A stretch of DNA of 63,328 nt, filler included, from Perkinsus chesapeaki ATCC PRA-425 (taxonomy: Eukaryota > Protista > Perkinsozoa), in NCBI GenBank assembly GCA_013115145.1. It is 4 parts of 4 records of this genome, joined end to end, with 100 filler letters (N's around TTAATTAATTAA, not from the genome) between each part and the next. Parts side by side here need not be neighbours in the genome. Positions count along the whole stretch, not along the records: positions 55,938 to 63,328 come from JAAPAO010001033.1; 3 more parts are not named here. One strand, 5' to 3'. Shown piece after piece: positions 61,182 to 63,328 of this stretch (within the stretch, counting starts at the first letter, position 1; every line of letters starts with the position of its first letter). Both the position numbers and the translations under genes were made by a program. The notes below the pieces were generated by a model, which saw nothing but the letters and a program-made list of their open reading frames with translations, did not search any database and had not been told where the DNA came from.

Positions 61182-63113
61182 TTAGTCCACCTCTTCCACA
61201 GTTGGTCCAGATCCACCATCAGCGGGAGCACTGCCGCCTGGCATACCACCGCCTTCATCACCGGCGGACTGATAGACCTTCATCATGATAGGATTGACAA
61301 TGGCCTCGATCTCCTTCTGCTTGTGCTCGAACTCTTCCTTTTCAGCCAACTGATTCTTATCGAGCCATTCAAGAGCCTCAGTAACCGCCTTCTCGATAGC
61401 CTCCTTGTCATCAGCACTGAACTTATCCTTCAGCTTTTCTTCCTGAAGGGTGTTCTTCAAGGTGAAGCAGTAGTTCTCTAGACCATTCTTGGCTTCGATC
61501 TTTTGCTTGTTGGCCTCATCCTCAGCCTTGTACTTCTCAGCCTCATTAACCATACGATCGATATCGGCCTGGGAGAGACGACCCTTCTCGTTGGTAATAG
61601 TAATCTGGTTGCTCTTGCCGGTGGACTTATCCTGAGCGCTGACGTTAAGGATACCATTGGCGTCGATATCGAAGGTGACCTCAATCTGAGGAACACCACG
61701 AGGAGCCGGCGGGATGCCATCCAGATGGAACTTGCCAAGAAGGTTGTTATCCTTGGTCATAGCACGCTCACCCTCGAAGACCTGGATCAACACACCAGGC
61801 TGGTTATCAGCATAGGTGGTGAAGGTTTGATTCTTCTTGGTGGGAATGGTAGTGTTACGCTCGATGAGCTTGGTCATGACACCACCGGCAGTCTCAAGAC
61901 CGAGAGAAAGTGGAGTGACATCCAAAAGCAAGAGATCCTGGACCTGGCTGGAACCCTCCCCAGTGAGAATGGCAGCCTGAACAGCAGCACCGAATGCAAC
62001 AGCCTCGTCGGGATTGATTGATTTGCATGGTTCCTTGCCGTTGAAGAACTCCTGAATCATAGATTGGACCTTGGGAATACGAGTAGAACCACCAACAAGG
62101 ACGACCTCGTGAACGTTACGCTTATCAATACCAGAATCACGGAGGCACTTCTCAACAGGGGCCATAGTGTTACGGAAATAGTCCATACAAAGCTCCTCAA
62201 AACGAGCACGAGAGAGAGTGCAGTTGTAATCGATACCCTCGAACAAAGAGTCGATCTCAATGCTGGCCTGGGTAGAGGAAGAAAGAGTCCTCTTGGCACG
62301 CTCACACTGGGTACGCAGACGACGCATGGCCCTCTGGTTACCCTCGATGGTCTTACCGCGATTCTTACGCTTGAAGTCTTGCATGCAGAAGTCGAGGATA
62401 CGGTTATCGAAATCTTCACCACCAAGATGAGTATCACCAGCAGTGGCCTTAACCTCAAAGATACCATCTTCAATAGTCAAGAGGGAGACATCGAAGGTTC
62501 CGCCACCAAGATCGTAGATGAGAACGTTCTTCTCACCCTCACCCTTCTTATCAAGGCCATAGGCAATAGCAGCAGCAGTTGGCTCGTTAATAATACGAAG
62601 GACATTAAGACCAGCAATTGAACCAGCATCCTTAGTAGCCTGCCTCTGGGAATCATTGAAGTAGGCGGGGACGGTAACAACAGCGTCATTCACTTTGGTA
62701 CCGAGGTAAGCCTCAGCAGTCTCCCTCATTTTAGTGAGGACCATGGAGGAGATCTCTTCAGCGTGGAACTTCTTTGTCTCACCTTGATAGTGCACTTCGA
62801 TCATAGGCTTGCCATCAGAGCCGGCAGACACCTTGAAGGGCCACAGTTTCATATCATGCTGAACGACGGGGTCGCTGAATTTGCGGCCAATCAAACGCTT
62901 GGCGTCGAAGACAGTGTTCTCGGGGTTTCTGGCGACCTGGTTCTTAGCGGCATCGCCGATCAACCTTTCGGTATCAGTGAAGGCGACGTAAGAAGGGGTA
63001 GTACGGTTACCCTGGTCGTTGGCGATGATCTCAACGGTGTCATTCTTCCATACACCGACACAGGAGTAGGTGGTACCAAGATCGATACCGATAGCGGGAG
63101 ACTTCTTAGCCAT
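61182..63113 (-). CDS. HSP70: Cytosolic HSP70, copy 3 (643 aa), intronless
   Basis: Same signatures; ends EEVD. Confidence 0.98.
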   Translation of the reverse strand: MAKKSPAIGIDLGTTYSCVGVWKNDTVEIIANDQGNRTTPSYVAFTDTERLIGDAAKNQVARNPENTVFDAKRLIGRKFSDPVVQHDMKLWPFKVSAGSDGKPMIEVHYQGETKKFHAEEISSMVLTKMRETAEAYLGTKVNDAVVTVPAYFNDSQRQATKDAGSIAGLNVLRIINEPTAAAIAYGLDKKGEGEKNVLIYDLGGGTFDVSLLTIEDGIFEVKATAGDTHLGGEDFDNRILDFCMQDFKRKNRGKTIEGNQRAMRRLRTQCERAKRTLSSSTQASIEIDSLFEGIDYNCTLSRARFEELCMDYFRNTMAPVEKCLRDSGIDKRNVHEVVLVGGSTRIPKVQSMIQEFFNGKEPCKSINPDEAVAFGAAVQAAILTGEGSSQVQDLLLLDVTPLSLGLETAGGVMTKLIERNTTIPTKKNQTFTTYADNQPGVLIQVFEGERAMTKDNNLLGKFHLDGIPPAPRGVPQIEVTFDIDANGILNVSAQDKSTGKSNQITITNEKGRLSQADIDRMVNEAEKYKAEDEANKQKIEAKNGLENYCFTLKNTLQEEKLKDKFSADDKEAIEKAVTEALEWLDKNQLAEKEEFEHKQKEIEAIVNPIMMKVYQSAGDEGGGMPGGSAPADGGSGPTVEEVD

Positions 63114-63328
63114 TGTTAAAGTGGTGGAAAAAGAACGAATTCACTGAAAATAGATGTAACAGAGACAATAAACAATGACCTTCGAGAGTTGCGCGACGGC
63201 GGGCGAGCGAGCTTTCCGCACGCGTGCGCATTTTATGCTGCGAAGGATTTGTCCTTGTGTGGCGACGAACCAAGGTGTCCGTCGGAAAGAGCTGGTGGCG
63301 GATCCATAATGAACACAATGCAGATGAC

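Noticed and set aside
56758-63119. Long plus-strand ORFs (392, 250, 185 aa and others) antisense to HSP70
   Set aside because: Known shadow ORFs caused by HSP70 codon bias; they recur at equivalent positions in each copy.

Overview
Eukaryotic, intron-rich genomic scaffold with three 100-bp assembly gaps, each holding an artificial TTAATTAATTAA linker. Short 30-60 bp GT-AG introns, a dinozoan-type HSP70 ([23 protein letters not shown]) and families of intronless secreted proteins point to a Perkinsus-like alveolate; this is an inference. Recognisable genes: PP1 inhibitor-2, cytochrome P450, a polycystin/TRPP-like channel, a ClC-6/7-type antiporter, a DUF836 glutaredoxin-like protein, tRNA-Val(TAC), IFT144/WDR19 and three tandem intronless cytosolic HSP70 genes. 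The intergenic DNA holds several MITE-like elements, tyrosine-recombinase-like relics, tRNA relics and minisatellites. The structure least explained by these features is a set of dense fields of perfect palindromes, mostly with a single-nucleotide centre (3785-4213; 18001-19416). Other highlights are a four-fold ~60-aa repeat in a coiled-coil protein, a GW/WG-rich protein, a candidate beta-rich secreted domain shared by two distant genes, and a mosaic HSP70 copy. Exon boundaries were read by eye and many spans are approximate; no database searches were run.
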